A program made the position numbers and the translations under genes. Positions 48,265 to 58,522 of a stretch of 64,000 nucleotides of DNA are shown here, in pieces. Positions within the stretch are counted from its first letter, which is position 1. Each line of letters begins with the position of its first letter. Origin of the DNA: a virus (taxonomy: Duplodnaviria; Caudoviricetes); IMG/VR virus record IMGVR_UViG_3300034171_000062, positions 96,001-160,000 of that record; one strand, 5' to 3'. Below the pieces are notes generated by a model. The model was not told the DNA's origin and searched no databases. It worked only from the letters and a program-made list of their open reading frames with translations.

Positions 48265-50835
48265 ATGTTAGATTATCTTGTTAAACACGCAGTGGACAAC
48301 GTCTGGTGCTCGCCAGAACAGGACCGTCAAGTCATCATTCAACCGAAGAGATTGAGTCGACGGTTGGGCGCTTTGAGTCATCAGACGGTCATGTGGGAAC
48401 GCGTTCTCCTGCCAACGAAAACCGATTACTACCACGTCTTCCAAATCGGTCACGTTTACCCTAAGCTCTTAGGTCTCATGCCGGTAACGGATGCGTGGAT
48501 GAGACTGTCCGACGTCATTAACACCACCACCTTGATGGCCGAAGTGTACTTCAGTGACGGGTTGGTGATACCACGTCGCGAGTGTTGGTTTCGCTACGAC
48601 CGCCATAAAAACTTGATCCTGGCAATTGAAGACAGTCGGCTGTTTCCTCAATTGCGAGACGCCATCATTTACCTGCGGGTGTACTCCAACGCGTTTTTTG
48701 AATCGGGACGTGCCAACGCTACTGAGAACGGGACCTATGTGGAAGGTCTGACGGTGGCTACTGAGCAAGATGTGTTGGGGCTCCAACAGAAATACCACCA
48801 GTCTCTGGAAAAAGTTGGAGAAACTTACGCCTATCACAACGGTTGGTTGGTCAATGACCTGCGACCCAGTCGAGTGTCTCCTGGCGACGTGATCGAATAC
48901 GTTTACGACAGTTCGGTTTATCGAGTGGTGGACTTCGCTGTAAAGGATTTGGAGACGTACGAAAGTACCCTCGACAGTAAACGTAAGTATCTGTTAAATT
49001 ACCCTGAGTTTAACAACGCCACCATAGATTTCGAAGACGACATTGATTTCTATCTGTTCAAGCGAGAAGACGACGGGCGGATGCGGGGGGTATACTACCA
49101 TCGCAACCGTAAAGACGCCATCCGGATGTTGTCGCACAAGGATTACGGCGTACCGGTGGCCTACGTTGAAGCGTTTCAAGAGTCGCACAACGACCACTGG
49201 CTGGACATGAACGACTTGACGCTCCGATTGTACGTACGTAGGGCCGGGTTTAAGCGACCTTTGGTGCAAGAGCACCATCGCCTCTTTGAACTATATCGCC
49301 TACCGCCAGAGGACGTTAGAAACGCCATGGTGGGCATTGATTCGTTGGTGGACGTGTGGAAAGCGGACAACCTGGAGAACAGTCCGTACGTCAAGTTGAT
49401 GCGGGCCCCTAATAACGCCATCGATCCGTTGTTGGTGCAGCAAGCGTACGGCTACAACGCGGTGTCTCGTCTGGTGGGCGATACGCCCCAACGGGTACGC
49501 TCAACAGTATCCGGGCCGGTAGTGGATTTGTTGCCAGCACATCGCACTCAGTCGACGATGTACGAATACGACGGTCAAGGGCGGTTGCTGGGGTACTACT
49601 ACCACGAAGTCGGGATGACGTACGACTGCGTGCACTCGCAAACGCAGTTGGTGGAAATTGTAGTCGGGCAGGTGGCCGAATCTCTAGACGCAGTGTTTGG
49701 GGAAACCTTGGTCAACACCGATCCGCGTTACAACTACCGAGCGTACATCAGCACTCGGTTAGGCGATACCTTGGTGTGGGATTGGGTTGACGTTAGCAAT
49801 TCGGAACTGATCAGTCTGGGGAACAACCAGATCGGATTCGACATCAACGACAGCATCGATTACCCAGCGGTTGTCAGCGATAAGAAATTCCTAGGGTATC
49901 AGATCACGGTGCCCATCGCCAACGGTGTTCTCAAGTTCAGTGTCAACAACTTTGAGACGCACCTGGGTGACACGCAGAGACGACTGTCTACGATTCCCCC
50001 ACGCCGGATAGACGTGTGGGTCAATACGCACCCATTGATCGAAGGGTTGGACTATTACGTCAATTGGCCGGAAGTCGTGGTGGTCAACAAGCAGTACTTA
50101 ACCGCCGATGAAGATCAGATCATCGACATTCGCTGCCAGGGATTCTGTCGACCAGAGATGACCCCCGATGCCCCTAGGGAATTTGGGTTTGTCGAACATG
50201 GGTACCTCAGTGCAAACCGTCGATACAACATCCGTGACGATAAGGTTCTGTCCATCATCGTGGGTGGGAAACTGCTCAGTCGGGATGGCTTGGCGTTTGC
50301 TGAAACCAGCAGTGGTGTAATGGTAGACAACGTGGCCAATGGGACACCATATTCGCTTCGGGAAACGATCGTCCCCATGCGAGGGGAAACTTATCTCGAC
50401 ACGTACATGTTCCGAGCCCAGTCGCAAGCTGTAGACTTGGCAATCGAAGACTATCTGTCTTTGAAATACCCAGAGCCGGTGGTACCAGGACCCAGTCCCA
50501 TCACGGATTTGTACATGGTGTACAGTCCGTTCATGAGTCGAATCATCAACGACCTGCAAGAAGGGTACATCGACGAAGAGCCATTGACCAAACAGTACTC
50601 GAACGGCGACGTTTATGCGTGGGCCAACGAATACGAACATTTGCTGGACTACGACCCGCTCAAGAAGAACGTGGACGAACGGTACGTAAAGGTGCATCCG
50701 CATCGGTACCTGAACACGGTGGCCCTGAGCATTTATCAATACAACTTCATCCAACGAATCAACCAACTCTACTTCAACAGTAGGTTGCCGTTGAGTCAGT
50801 TCATCGAAGTTACACTCCCTCAAACTCAGGAGTAA
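48265..50835 (+). CDS. Virion structural (baseplate-like) protein (phiKZ gp27-like)
   Basis: 856 aa starting NVWCSPEQDRQ; synteny. Confidence 0.75.
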   Translation: MLDYLVKHAVDNVWCSPEQDRQVIIQPKRLSRRLGALSHQTVMWERVLLPTKTDYYHVFQIGHVYPKLLGLMPVTDAWMRLSDVINTTTLMAEVYFSDGLVIPRRECWFRYDRHKNLILAIEDSRLFPQLRDAIIYLRVYSNAFFESGRANATENGTYVEGLTVATEQDVLGLQQKYHQSLEKVGETYAYHNGWLVNDLRPSRVSPGDVIEYVYDSSVYRVVDFAVKDLETYESTLDSKRKYLLNYPEFNNATIDFEDDIDFYLFKREDDGRMRGVYYHRNRKDAIRMLSHKDYGVPVAYVEAFQESHNDHWLDMNDLTLRLYVRRAGFKRPLVQEHHRLFELYRLPPEDVRNAMVGIDSLVDVWKADNLENSPYVKLMRAPNNAIDPLLVQQAYGYNAVSRLVGDTPQRVRSTVSGPVVDLLPAHRTQSTMYEYDGQGRLLGYYYHEVGMTYDCVHSQTQLVEIVVGQVAESLDAVFGETLVNTDPRYNYRAYISTRLGDTLVWDWVDVSNSELISLGNNQIGFDINDSIDYPAVVSDKKFLGYQITVPIANGVLKFSVNNFETHLGDTQRRLSTIPPRRIDVWVNTHPLIEGLDYYVNWPEVVVVNKQYLTADEDQIIDIRCQGFCRPEMTPDAPREFGFVEHGYLSANRRYNIRDDKVLSIIVGGKLLSRDGLAFAETSSGVMVDNVANGTPYSLRETIVPMRGETYLDTYMFRAQSQAVDLAIEDYLSLKYPEPVVPGPSPITDLYMVYSPFMSRIINDLQEGYIDEEPLTKQYSNGDVYAWANEYEHLLDYDPLKKNVDERYVKVHPHRYLNTVALSIYQYNFIQRINQLYFNSRLPLSQFIEVTLPQTQE

Positions 50836-50838
50836 GAC

Positions 50839-52509
50839 ATGGCAACATCTACTATTGTGCCGATCTCGGACCCGAATCGTGGGTTCCAGACGTGGCACAT
50901 CAGCGAACTCTTTACCGGTGACGACGACGGTGGGCGATACGTTCCGAATAAAGACGACATGGTGATCTCGTACCTTGTGGGACTGCAGATTTATCGTGTA
51001 AAAGCGGTGGACTACACGACTGGGTTGAGTGAGTTGGACGCCATCGACTTACTAAACATCGTCGGCGCCGACGACGTTGACGGTAACCTTCTGGGTGCCG
51101 GGCCTGGAAAGATCAGTGAGTCCTATCGGGCGTATCTGGACACGTCGGTCATTCCTCACACTTTGGCGTTTGATGCACGATTGAAGTTATACGGAACAAC
51201 GGCTAAGTACGTTAAGGTGATCCGGGGGACGTTACTCGAAACTGGGGACGTCGTTTCCAGGCAGTACGATCAACAAGGTCAGTTGTTGGGTAACTCAATA
51301 CCGATGGAGTTGGTGTTGACCGATTCTGGGACTAACTTGGCCATCAAGACGCCGAAGGTTGGACACTGTTCGATGTCTTTACCCGATGGGGAAGTGGTCA
51401 CGGCAATTGTTTACGACGACCTTGGGTCGGAAGTCTCCACCAACGTGTTGTTGATTAAGAACACAGGGTTCATTCGCAACCTGAACGCGGCGGTGAAATA
51501 CGTCACTAGCATCGAACTTGAGTCTCCGTTCCTTTCTGGTGCTGACAACCGATTGTTAGAATGTCCTATCAACATCCCTGTGGATGCAATCACCCGGCGG
51601 GGCATTGTACGTTATTCAGACGGCTCGAAGAAAACACTACCCATCGATGGCACCAAGTTTGCGTTGTTTGGGTTGCAGCGATTCATCTCGACGATATTGG
51701 GTCAAGAACAACCATTGTCTCTGATCTACTACCTATCGCCCGATGAAGTGTCGTACGGCGCCGTCTCGGGCGACACGCTACACATCACCGAGAAGTACCT
51801 AGCCACAACCGTGAACGTCGATGGCGCGTACAGTGTTAAATTGTTCAGTTACCCAGTGTGGATCGACGCCGTCAACGGCTATCGTTTGGAACACTTCCTG
51901 TACAACCTGGAACGAGACGAAGTCTTTAATGTCACTTCGCTGATTCAAGTAGCGGCGAATTCGCCGGCGTTTGATCCGTTGGCGTACGGCATGGCGCAAG
52001 ACATCACGTTTGCGTTGGATCTGGCCAAGGTCGCTACTCGGTTCAAGAACTACCGTCATCTGCAAACCACGCGGGTCACCCTCTTACGACCAGGGTTGGA
52101 TTCAGGCACCAACTGGACCATTACCTATGATAAGACCAAGCCGGCGTACGGAGTCAGTACCGACAATGTGGGACTGAAGGCCAGAGTTGAATTCATCAAT
52201 TCCAACCTTTGGAAACTGACGCTTGACAACGGGTTTGGAAGCATGGAAGAGTGGCTTCGAGAAGTCTATGAGAAGACCTTGCCGCTGTTTGATGCTACTG
52301 CTGAGGCTACGGCTCCGGTACCAAACTACTTCAAGTTAATTGCAGGATCGTACGTACTCGAGGCTCCCGTCAGCATGTGGAATCGGGAGTTTACTGTCAA
52401 CAACCTACTGGACTCTGGCGACAACGTTTATCTGCAATTCTTCAGACGGACGTCCACCACCGACCTCCAGTTGAGTACTGCGGCGTTGATTATGCGACAG
52501 GACAACTAA
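50839..52509 (+). CDS. Virion structural protein (phiKZ gp26-like)
   Basis: 556 aa immediately upstream of the terminase; synteny. Confidence 0.72.
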   Translation: MATSTIVPISDPNRGFQTWHISELFTGDDDGGRYVPNKDDMVISYLVGLQIYRVKAVDYTTGLSELDAIDLLNIVGADDVDGNLLGAGPGKISESYRAYLDTSVIPHTLAFDARLKLYGTTAKYVKVIRGTLLETGDVVSRQYDQQGQLLGNSIPMELVLTDSGTNLAIKTPKVGHCSMSLPDGEVVTAIVYDDLGSEVSTNVLLIKNTGFIRNLNAAVKYVTSIELESPFLSGADNRLLECPINIPVDAITRRGIVRYSDGSKKTLPIDGTKFALFGLQRFISTILGQEQPLSLIYYLSPDEVSYGAVSGDTLHITEKYLATTVNVDGAYSVKLFSYPVWIDAVNGYRLEHFLYNLERDEVFNVTSLIQVAANSPAFDPLAYGMAQDITFALDLAKVATRFKNYRHLQTTRVTLLRPGLDSGTNWTITYDKTKPAYGVSTDNVGLKARVEFINSNLWKLTLDNGFGSMEEWLREVYEKTLPLFDATAEATAPVPNYFKLIAGSYVLEAPVSMWNREFTVNNLLDSGDNVYLQFFRRTSTTDLQLSTAALIMRQDN

Positions 52510-52579
52510 GTCCTTGCATCTGGGGGGAGTACGATCTCCCCCCAACTCATCCGACGTCGCCTAACAGGACATGTGCATT

Positions 52580-54730
52580 ATGATTGTCTTTAAAAGTGAC
52601 TGGCGAAGGTTCACATCGGCGATCGTCGACACCAAATCTCCAAACAAGACGTTTTTACGCCTGGCGGCGGTGTATAAAGCCATGGGGGTAGATCACTACT
52701 ACTTCCATTTAGCCTTACTTCAACCGGCCTTGCAGGGAGTGGACCCTCACGACGAGAACAACCTCACCCTCGAACAAAAGGCCATGATTCTGTACGAGTG
52801 CGATAACAACCCTTGGTATTACCTACGGGAAATCGTACTTGATAAAGGCGCGGGACTGACGGTCGACGATTGTCGGTTTCGAGCCAACCGTTCAAACATT
52901 GCGGCCATGTGGTTGTTGTTGGCGTGTGTCGATTACATACAGGTGCAACCTCGTCAGACCGGCAAATCCTTCGGTACCGATAATAACGCTTTGTGGTTGA
53001 TGTACTTCTGCTATCGCAACACGGCGTTGAATCTGATCACCAAGGATGAGTCTCTGCGCAAATCGAACATTTCCAGACTGAAGAAACTTCGGGACATGTG
53101 GCCAGACTACATCAACCGGAACACGTCAAAGGACGACAACAACCAGATTTCATTGAGTTGTAACTCGCTGGAAAACAAGTACTACACCCACGTGTCGCAA
53201 AGTTCCGAGAAAGCGGCGAACAATCTGGGTCGAGGGATGACCAGTCCGTTCATTCATGTGGATGAGGGCCCCTTCATTAACCACATTGAAACCACTGTGT
53301 CGGCGGCCATGGGTTCGACCAACACGGCGAGGGACATCGCCAAGCGTAAAGGCAAGCCCTATTGCACGGTGTTCACCACCACCGCAGGCAACCAAGAGGA
53401 TCGCGACGGCCGCTACGTGTTCAACATGATGGCAGGCTCGGCGATTTGGTCGGAACGGTTCCTGGACTGTAAGGATCGGGAAGAACTGGTCAATTACATT
53501 AAGACCAATTCTAATGGCCGGGCCACTATGGTGAATCTGACCATGTCACATCGACAGTTGGGTCTGTCCGACGAGTGGTTGTACGAGGCCCTGGCCAACG
53601 CGCGTTCAGAGAGCGACAACATCGATCGAGATTACTTTAATCGATGGACCAACTCCTCCAGCGGGTCGTTGATCCCAGATCACTTGGCTAAGGCCATGCG
53701 GGGGTCTGAGAAAGAGCCGGTGGACAATTGGATCTCTTCGGAGAACTACATCTTCCGCTGGCATCAGCATCTTGACCCAGACGCGCAATACGTACTCTTG
53801 GTAGATACCTCAGACGCCATCGGACGAGACGACATCGGCATCGTGCTGTTGGACACGCGCAGTGGCGCGACCGCAGGGGCAGCGGCCTTTAACGAGACCA
53901 ACCTGATTCGATTCGCGCAGTGGCTGAAAGAGTTCATGGTCACCTACCGCAATACGACTCTGGTGATCGAACGTCGATACAACGCGCAGACGATCATTGA
54001 CTACTTGCTCTTGAAGTTGCCGGAGATTGGAATCGATCCCTTTAAACGCATCTTTAACCAGCTGGTGCAGAAACGAGAAGAGCGTCAGAAAGAATACGAC
54101 AAGGTCATGGGTCCTGGACTGAATCGACCCAGACAGTTGTATGAGATCCATCGTCGTGACTTTGGCTTCCTCACAGACGCTGACAGTCGGAAGTTGTTGT
54201 ACTCCAACGTGTTGATGAACGCAGCTAAAGATGCAGGCGATAGGGTCCACGACAAACAGTTGATTCAGCAAGTCTTGTCTCTGGTTATCAAGAACGGGCG
54301 TATCGATCACAGCGCCTCGGGACATGACGACATGGTCATTGCTTGGTTGATTGGTCATTGGTTCTTGAACTATGGCATCAACTTGCAGCAGTACGGCATC
54401 AATCCCACTCGGGTCATGACCGATCGTAGTAAAAGCGGTAGAGAAATCACTCCGCAAGAGGCGTTGGAGAAAGAAGAGCAACAAGGACTTCTGAACAGCA
54501 TTGAGTTGATTCACGATCGACTTAAATCTTCGAGCAGTCAGATGGAGATAATGCGTTTAGAAAGTGAGTTGACCAGCATGATGAGTCGTCTCAAGCAAGA
54601 CGATTCTGAAGGCATGACTTTAGACGCACTGATCCAAGAGGCTCGAGACAGTCGGAGTCGTAGATTCAATGGCAACGATGGTGGCGGAAGTCAAACTAAG
54701 TTGTTGCTGGCCAGGTTCGGAGGGAGGTAG
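52580..54730 (+). CDS. terL: Terminase large subunit (phiKZ gp25-like)
   Basis: Walker A QPRQTGKS, Walker B IHVDE, TTTAG, and nuclease motifs LLVDTSDAIGRD and HDDMVIAW. Confidence 0.93.
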   Translation: MIVFKSDWRRFTSAIVDTKSPNKTFLRLAAVYKAMGVDHYYFHLALLQPALQGVDPHDENNLTLEQKAMILYECDNNPWYYLREIVLDKGAGLTVDDCRFRANRSNIAAMWLLLACVDYIQVQPRQTGKSFGTDNNALWLMYFCYRNTALNLITKDESLRKSNISRLKKLRDMWPDYINRNTSKDDNNQISLSCNSLENKYYTHVSQSSEKAANNLGRGMTSPFIHVDEGPFINHIETTVSAAMGSTNTARDIAKRKGKPYCTVFTTTAGNQEDRDGRYVFNMMAGSAIWSERFLDCKDREELVNYIKTNSNGRATMVNLTMSHRQLGLSDEWLYEALANARSESDNIDRDYFNRWTNSSSGSLIPDHLAKAMRGSEKEPVDNWISSENYIFRWHQHLDPDAQYVLLVDTSDAIGRDDIGIVLLDTRSGATAGAAAFNETNLIRFAQWLKEFMVTYRNTTLVIERRYNAQTIIDYLLLKLPEIGIDPFKRIFNQLVQKREERQKEYDKVMGPGLNRPRQLYEIHRRDFGFLTDADSRKLLYSNVLMNAAKDAGDRVHDKQLIQQVLSLVIKNGRIDHSASGHDDMVIAWLIGHWFLNYGINLQQYGINPTRVMTDRSKSGREITPQEALEKEEQQGLLNSIELIHDRLKSSSSQMEIMRLESELTSMMSRLKQDDSEGMTLDALIQEARDSRSRRFNGNDGGGSQTKLLLARFGGR

Positions 54731-55158
54731 TGCATTTTAAGATACAGAGTTTGAGGATACGTAATCGATGGAACTTATGGTTGTGTGCGTTGTTGGAGCA
54801 CATCGCGGTAGAGACTTGCGTCACAGTCTGGACCGATCATTACGTGGCCCCGGTAGCGGTGTGGGAACCCCCTGGACTGTTGTACGTTGAAGTGGTATCG
54901 AGACTCAATCGTTATCAGTTTATGCGAGGATTGGTGGGCTTTAGAGTATCTATGTCGGTGACCGATCTGGTCATCGTTCGATATTCTCTCACCGATTGCA
55001 TGCGGGTGACGAAACACAGCGTGCAATACGTGGGACTCAGTCGACAGAATCTACTCACCTTGTTACGGGCCGACGCCCCCTGGATGACAGCACTCCCAAA
55101 CGGCCGTCCAGGGGAAAGTCGATACTACGACCGGCGAGCACCAAAGTACATCGTGTAA
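54730..55158 (+). CDS. Hypothetical protein
   Basis: GTG start coupled to the terL stop; GGAGG RBS. Confidence 0.5.
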   Translation: MHFKIQSLRIRNRWNLWLCALLEHIAVETCVTVWTDHYVAPVAVWEPPGLLYVEVVSRLNRYQFMRGLVGFRVSMSVTDLVIVRYSLTDCMRVTKHSVQYVGLSRQNLLTLLRADAPWMTALPNGRPGESRYYDRRAPKYIV

Positions 55159-55179
55159 TTTCTTAATAAGGACCCTTGA

Positions 55180-56616
55180 ATGAGTCGTTTGAGACGGATA
55201 ATAGATAAGCTCCTCGGAGTTAAATCAATGGAACTGAGTAAAGACGTTGATGAAATTCCTTGGGTTGAGGTCCCGTATCCATTATACGGGTACCTTGAGT
55301 GTCCGAGGTTCATTCCAGTAACTTTAGAGAACTACCAACATTATCCGAAGTTGAAGATGGCTCAGTTGAGTCGCGACGGAGAACCCTGTCAGGTAGTCTT
55401 TCGAGAAGACGGGATGCTTGACTTGGATCAACTCATGCACCGGACTAGCAAACGGTCTCGACGTATGTCAAAAATACAGTATCGTCGGGTGCTGACTAAA
55501 GTCGGATTGAATCTGGTACCACCCATACCCAGTCTGACCGGACACGAGACGTGGGTTGACATCCACGTCGATAACTTGGATCACGCGTTGATCGATGTGA
55601 CCGGAAATCGAGAGTATCTACTTGTTACCCGTGAGCAGATCCAAGGTTGGCTGGCAGGTCATCCTCGAGTCGATGTATGTATGTTGGTACAGGAGTTCGA
55701 TCCACATCAAGGCATCATCTCCAACGACCAAGACCAGATCAACGCGTCGATACGGAAATTTACTAAGTTGCGGATTGAGCGGCGACTTAAAGACACGTTG
55801 GACCTCCCTCCGCTGCCGTCTGTGGTACGTAAGATCATTAGTCTACGTAGCAATCCCAACGCGACGGTGAATGAGTTAGTGGCGATACTTGAATGCGACC
55901 CTACATTGGCCGCCAACGTGATGCGTTGGTCCAACTCGTCGTACTACTCCATGAGTGGCAACGTCAATTCGCTTCACGACGCAGTAAATCGGGTCTTGGG
56001 GTATGACATGGTAATGAACTTGTGTATGGGGTTGGTACTAGGCAACGTCATGAATGTACCTAAGCATGAAACTACACATGTCCTGAACTTTTGGGAACAG
56101 GCGACGTGGATGGCTCACGGTATGGCACATCTCAGTGAACAGCTTCCGCCCGACAAGCGGATCTCAAAAGGTCTGGCGTATCTGGCTGGGCTGTTACACA
56201 ACTTTGGGTATCTGATCTTAAGTCACACGTTTCCACCCCACTTTCGAATCATCACTGAATCCACCGACATCAATCGACATCTGGACGTCAGTTTGATCGA
56301 CGCTCACATTCTAGGGATTACCCGAGAGCAGGTGGCGGCGTGTTTGATGGACAATTGGATGATCCCAAAAGAAGTGGTTAATGGCATCCGCTATCAGAAA
56401 CAATGCACGTTCAACGACGAACATTGGGTATTTGCTAATCTACTGTACCTGACACGAGCCAAGTTGATCGAACACGGAGTTGCGCTGGGAGCGCCTATGA
56501 CTCAACCTGATTTCTTATTCGAACGCCTTGGGTTGACGAGTGAGGGGGTAGATAGTCATATTGATGACCTACTAAAACGAGAGGAGCAAATTCTCAACAT
56601 AGCGCGGATGATGTGA
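55180..56616 (+). CDS. HDOD-domain protein with degenerate YbaK-like N-terminus, probably host-derived
   Basis: LPPLP, DPTLAANVMRWSNS, SLHDAVNRVLG, AYLAGLLHNFG and W.IP.EV are HDOD hallmarks. Confidence 0.9.
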   Translation: MSRLRRIIDKLLGVKSMELSKDVDEIPWVEVPYPLYGYLECPRFIPVTLENYQHYPKLKMAQLSRDGEPCQVVFREDGMLDLDQLMHRTSKRSRRMSKIQYRRVLTKVGLNLVPPIPSLTGHETWVDIHVDNLDHALIDVTGNREYLLVTREQIQGWLAGHPRVDVCMLVQEFDPHQGIISNDQDQINASIRKFTKLRIERRLKDTLDLPPLPSVVRKIISLRSNPNATVNELVAILECDPTLAANVMRWSNSSYYSMSGNVNSLHDAVNRVLGYDMVMNLCMGLVLGNVMNVPKHETTHVLNFWEQATWMAHGMAHLSEQLPPDKRISKGLAYLAGLLHNFGYLILSHTFPPHFRIITESTDINRHLDVSLIDAHILGITREQVAACLMDNWMIPKEVVNGIRYQKQCTFNDEHWVFANLLYLTRAKLIEHGVALGAPMTQPDFLFERLGLTSEGVDSHIDDLLKREEQILNIARMM

Positions 56617-56684
56617 TCGTCTGAATCGCAGTGTGTTAAGAAAAGCTCCATAGTCGCCCTCAGAAAGACGTGTAGTCGCTATGC

Positions 56685-56721
56685 GGCATAAGGGAGGGGC
56701 AATGCCCCTCCCTCTATTTTG
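56685..56721. terminator. Bidirectional hairpin terminator
   Basis: CGGCATAA-GGGAGGGGC-AAT-GCCCCTCCC-TCTATTTTG. Confidence 0.8.
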
Positions 56722-56737
56722 TTTCGATCCCAGGCGC

Positions 56738-58024
56738 TTAGAGAACGGCCGCTACTAACGACAACTCGGGGGTGTGAGATCGCTCTTCGGTGGACCCACC
56801 TTGACTGTAGTAGTTCATCGTGAAAGTTCTCAGCACTATGTACACCATACATCCCGTTCGCACAGCCGCTAACAAGGACTTGTTGTTAGACTTTACTGCA
56901 CGTTTGGTGATGGCTAGACTGAGGTCTCGCATTTTTAACAAAGACGGATCGGTCGATCGTGACGACATGTACAGACTGCGGAGCCGTCCAATCAATGTGG
57001 CCAAGTCGATGCTGTTTCGGAACTCCTGTCGATTCTCCCCAATGTACTCAAACGCATGCAATAACGTCTCGTCGATCAAGGCTTGGATCTTTGGGTCACC
57101 TCGACGACCGTAGTTATCGGCCATGTATTCCAGGGCGCTGGTCAAATGACGTTCTGGCATGGTGTGCATGACGTCCCCTACAATGCCCACCAGCTCGCTT
57201 CGAATGAACGTGGACCTATCGGATAGGGTGGTGTTGATGTAGCGCTTGTAGCGGCTGTTCTGGCGCGTCAGGTCACGGACGTGCATCTGTCCGTCCAAAT
57301 CCACTAGGGAAGAACGCGTCTGAACCCGAGTTGGACTCTTCTGCACTTCGTAGAAGACGTGCACCATCTTCTTTACAATCTCCCGGATGCGGCCTTGGAT
57401 GTCTCCGACCATATACTGCACTTGCTGATCGTCGTCGAATCGTTCAATGGTTTCTGAGTGTATGGAGTTGCGAGACAGAATGTCTTCACACCGAGCCTCG
57501 ATCAATGCTGCCCAACTGCCTTTCTGCTTCAGCGCAAATTTGTAACTCAACGCCGCGTAAGTAGCTTCAGCCAAGGTCCGATCTGGTTCGTATTTGAAGT
57601 TGTGCGCCATTAAGGAACTTAAGAACCGATAGTGCATGGCTCTGAGTGCGTCCATCATTCCCTGTTCTTTCTGTCGTGCAGAGAGATTGCTGGTGGTGTG
57701 AATGGCGTGTACCAACCACACACAGCTCAGATTGTAAACGTCGGTTCGCACCCGCTGCGTCGGATCGACGCTGGGAAGGGCGTGCAGTTCGTTCTTAAGA
57801 ACCACGTCATCGACACGTAGGACTTCATCAAACCAATTGTTACGGTCGGAACTGTGGAACCTCAATGGTGGGGTACCCAGTAGGTTGCCGCCTAAGAAGG
57901 CGATGTGGTCTTCGCTCTTATTCACGAAGTACCGTTCAAATTGACCGATTGCCTTTACCAGTTTAAGATCGATTTTCAGGTGTTTGAGTTCTTCAGCGAA
58001 GACCTCTTTAATGGTTCGTGCCAT
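56738..58024 (-). CDS. Conserved virion protein (phiKZ gp32-like)
   Basis: About 428 aa starting MARTIK with GAGG RBS; FLGGNLLG and YAALSYKFALKQKGSW motifs. Confidence 0.7.
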   Translation of the reverse strand: MARTIKEVFAEELKHLKIDLKLVKAIGQFERYFVNKSEDHIAFLGGNLLGTPPLRFHSSDRNNWFDEVLRVDDVVLKNELHALPSVDPTQRVRTDVYNLSCVWLVHAIHTTSNLSARQKEQGMMDALRAMHYRFLSSLMAHNFKYEPDRTLAEATYAALSYKFALKQKGSWAALIEARCEDILSRNSIHSETIERFDDDQQVQYMVGDIQGRIREIVKKMVHVFYEVQKSPTRVQTRSSLVDLDGQMHVRDLTRQNSRYKRYINTTLSDRSTFIRSELVGIVGDVMHTMPERHLTSALEYMADNYGRRGDPKIQALIDETLLHAFEYIGENRQEFRNSIDLATLIGRLRSLYMSSRSTDPSLLKMRDLSLAITKRAVKSNNKSLLAAVRTGCMVYIVLRTFTMNYYSQGGSTEERSHTPELSLVAAVL

Positions 58025-58522
58025 GACACGCCTCTCACGGTTGGTTCGTTGTCTATATAATCCGCCGCCGACCCGCCGCGGGGGGAGCGCGCGCCTGTTC
58101 AACTTGTATAGATGCTGACGACGTCCAGGGGGGTGTGTATTTTGTTTTGAAGACTGTGTATGGATTGGTCTTTATTGCATCCGATGCCTCTGTTGCTGTT
58201 AGCCTCCATCAAAAAACCCCAATCCATACTTTCCTCCTTCTCTTCACATCTCAAGTAACCCTTGCAGGGTTTTCACTTGAATATGTAATTCCTTACAGGA
58301 CGGATTTATTATTTGCCAGAAAGAGGAGCGACAGCGACCATCCTTTCGAGCTTACCGTAGTTCGGTAAGCGTTCGGAGTAGAATGGTTAGAAGGGGGTAG
58401 CGATAGTCTGCGCCGTTGCTGTATTGGGTTGTTTTCAAGGGTTTGTAGGGGCTTTTTAAATTACCCTAAAATCTGCGGCAAATCAAAACCCCCTCCGCAA
58501 AAAACTCTGGCGGTAAAGGTAC

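Noticed and set aside
26254-54514. Long antisense ORFs (26254..26979, 50098..50898, 53810..54514 and others)
   Set aside because: Shadow frames of well-supported genes on the opposite strand, with no RBS or recognisable motifs.
58215-58245. Minus-strand GGAGGAAAGT resembling the RNase P RNA core
   Set aside because: The following UCC and the 3' P4 partner sequence are absent.
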